Positions 63,870 to 64,000 of a stretch of 64,000 bases of DNA are shown here, piece after piece. Location of the stretch: assembly GCF_009834535.1 (NCBI RefSeq), contig NC_045717.1, positions 18,290,001 through 18,354,000 of the forward strand. Reading direction: 5' to 3'. The notes under the pieces are model-generated. The model was given only the letters and a program-made list of their open reading frames with translations, searched no databases and was not told where the DNA came from. Position 1 is the stretch's first letter. Every line of letters starts with the position of its first letter. Made by a program: the position numbers and the translations under genes. The DNA comes from Camelus ferus. Its lineage: Eukaryota.

Positions 63870-63960
63870 TTCCCACAGGGAAATTTTGTGCTTAGCGGTT
63901 GAAATAACAAGAGATAAATGTGCCTAATGAGCAGATATAGGAAGCTATGAATATCTCTGT
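63870..63960 (+). promoter_or_regulatory. Putative promoter cassette of a further OR beyond the window edge
   Basis: TCCCACAGGGA 63871-63881, TAATGA 63925-63930, TATGAATA 63946-63953; same upstream MER5A/MER20 context as the OR-c, OR-e and OR-f promoters. Confidence 0.62.
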
Positions 63961-64000
63961 GTCTGCAGTCTTCCAGCCTGTGTAAACTTGGGTTGGAAAG

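Overview
Eutherian mammal genomic DNA, draft assembly with four N gaps. A camelid origin is a tentative inference from the young L1 3' tails and the absence of Alu, Bov-A/B, PRE-1 and Can-SINEs. Bases 1-11.6 kb hold the last six coding exons of SLC1A6 (EAAT4) on the + strand. From 12.9 kb to the end lies an OR7 olfactory receptor cluster with six intact ORFs: one OR7C and three OR7A-type on the - strand, then two OR7A-type on the + strand after a head-to-head switch at about 46 kb. Main non-obvious structure: (1) a seven-copy O/E-homeodomain-TATA promoter cassette with near-fixed spacing, one per gene plus one for a gene beyond the right edge; (2) a 'ghost' OR locus at about 45 kb that kept its splice acceptor and about 9 codons but lost about 2 kb by deletion; (3) a 159-bp antisense OR7 fragment with an 8-bp direct repeat inside an OR intron; (4) patchwork gene-conversion-like identity between neighbouring ORs; (5) a MER21-type LTR between the convergent SLC1A6 and OR7C 3' ends that may supply the OR poly(A) signal. 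Repeat names and boundaries were recognised by eye and are approximate.
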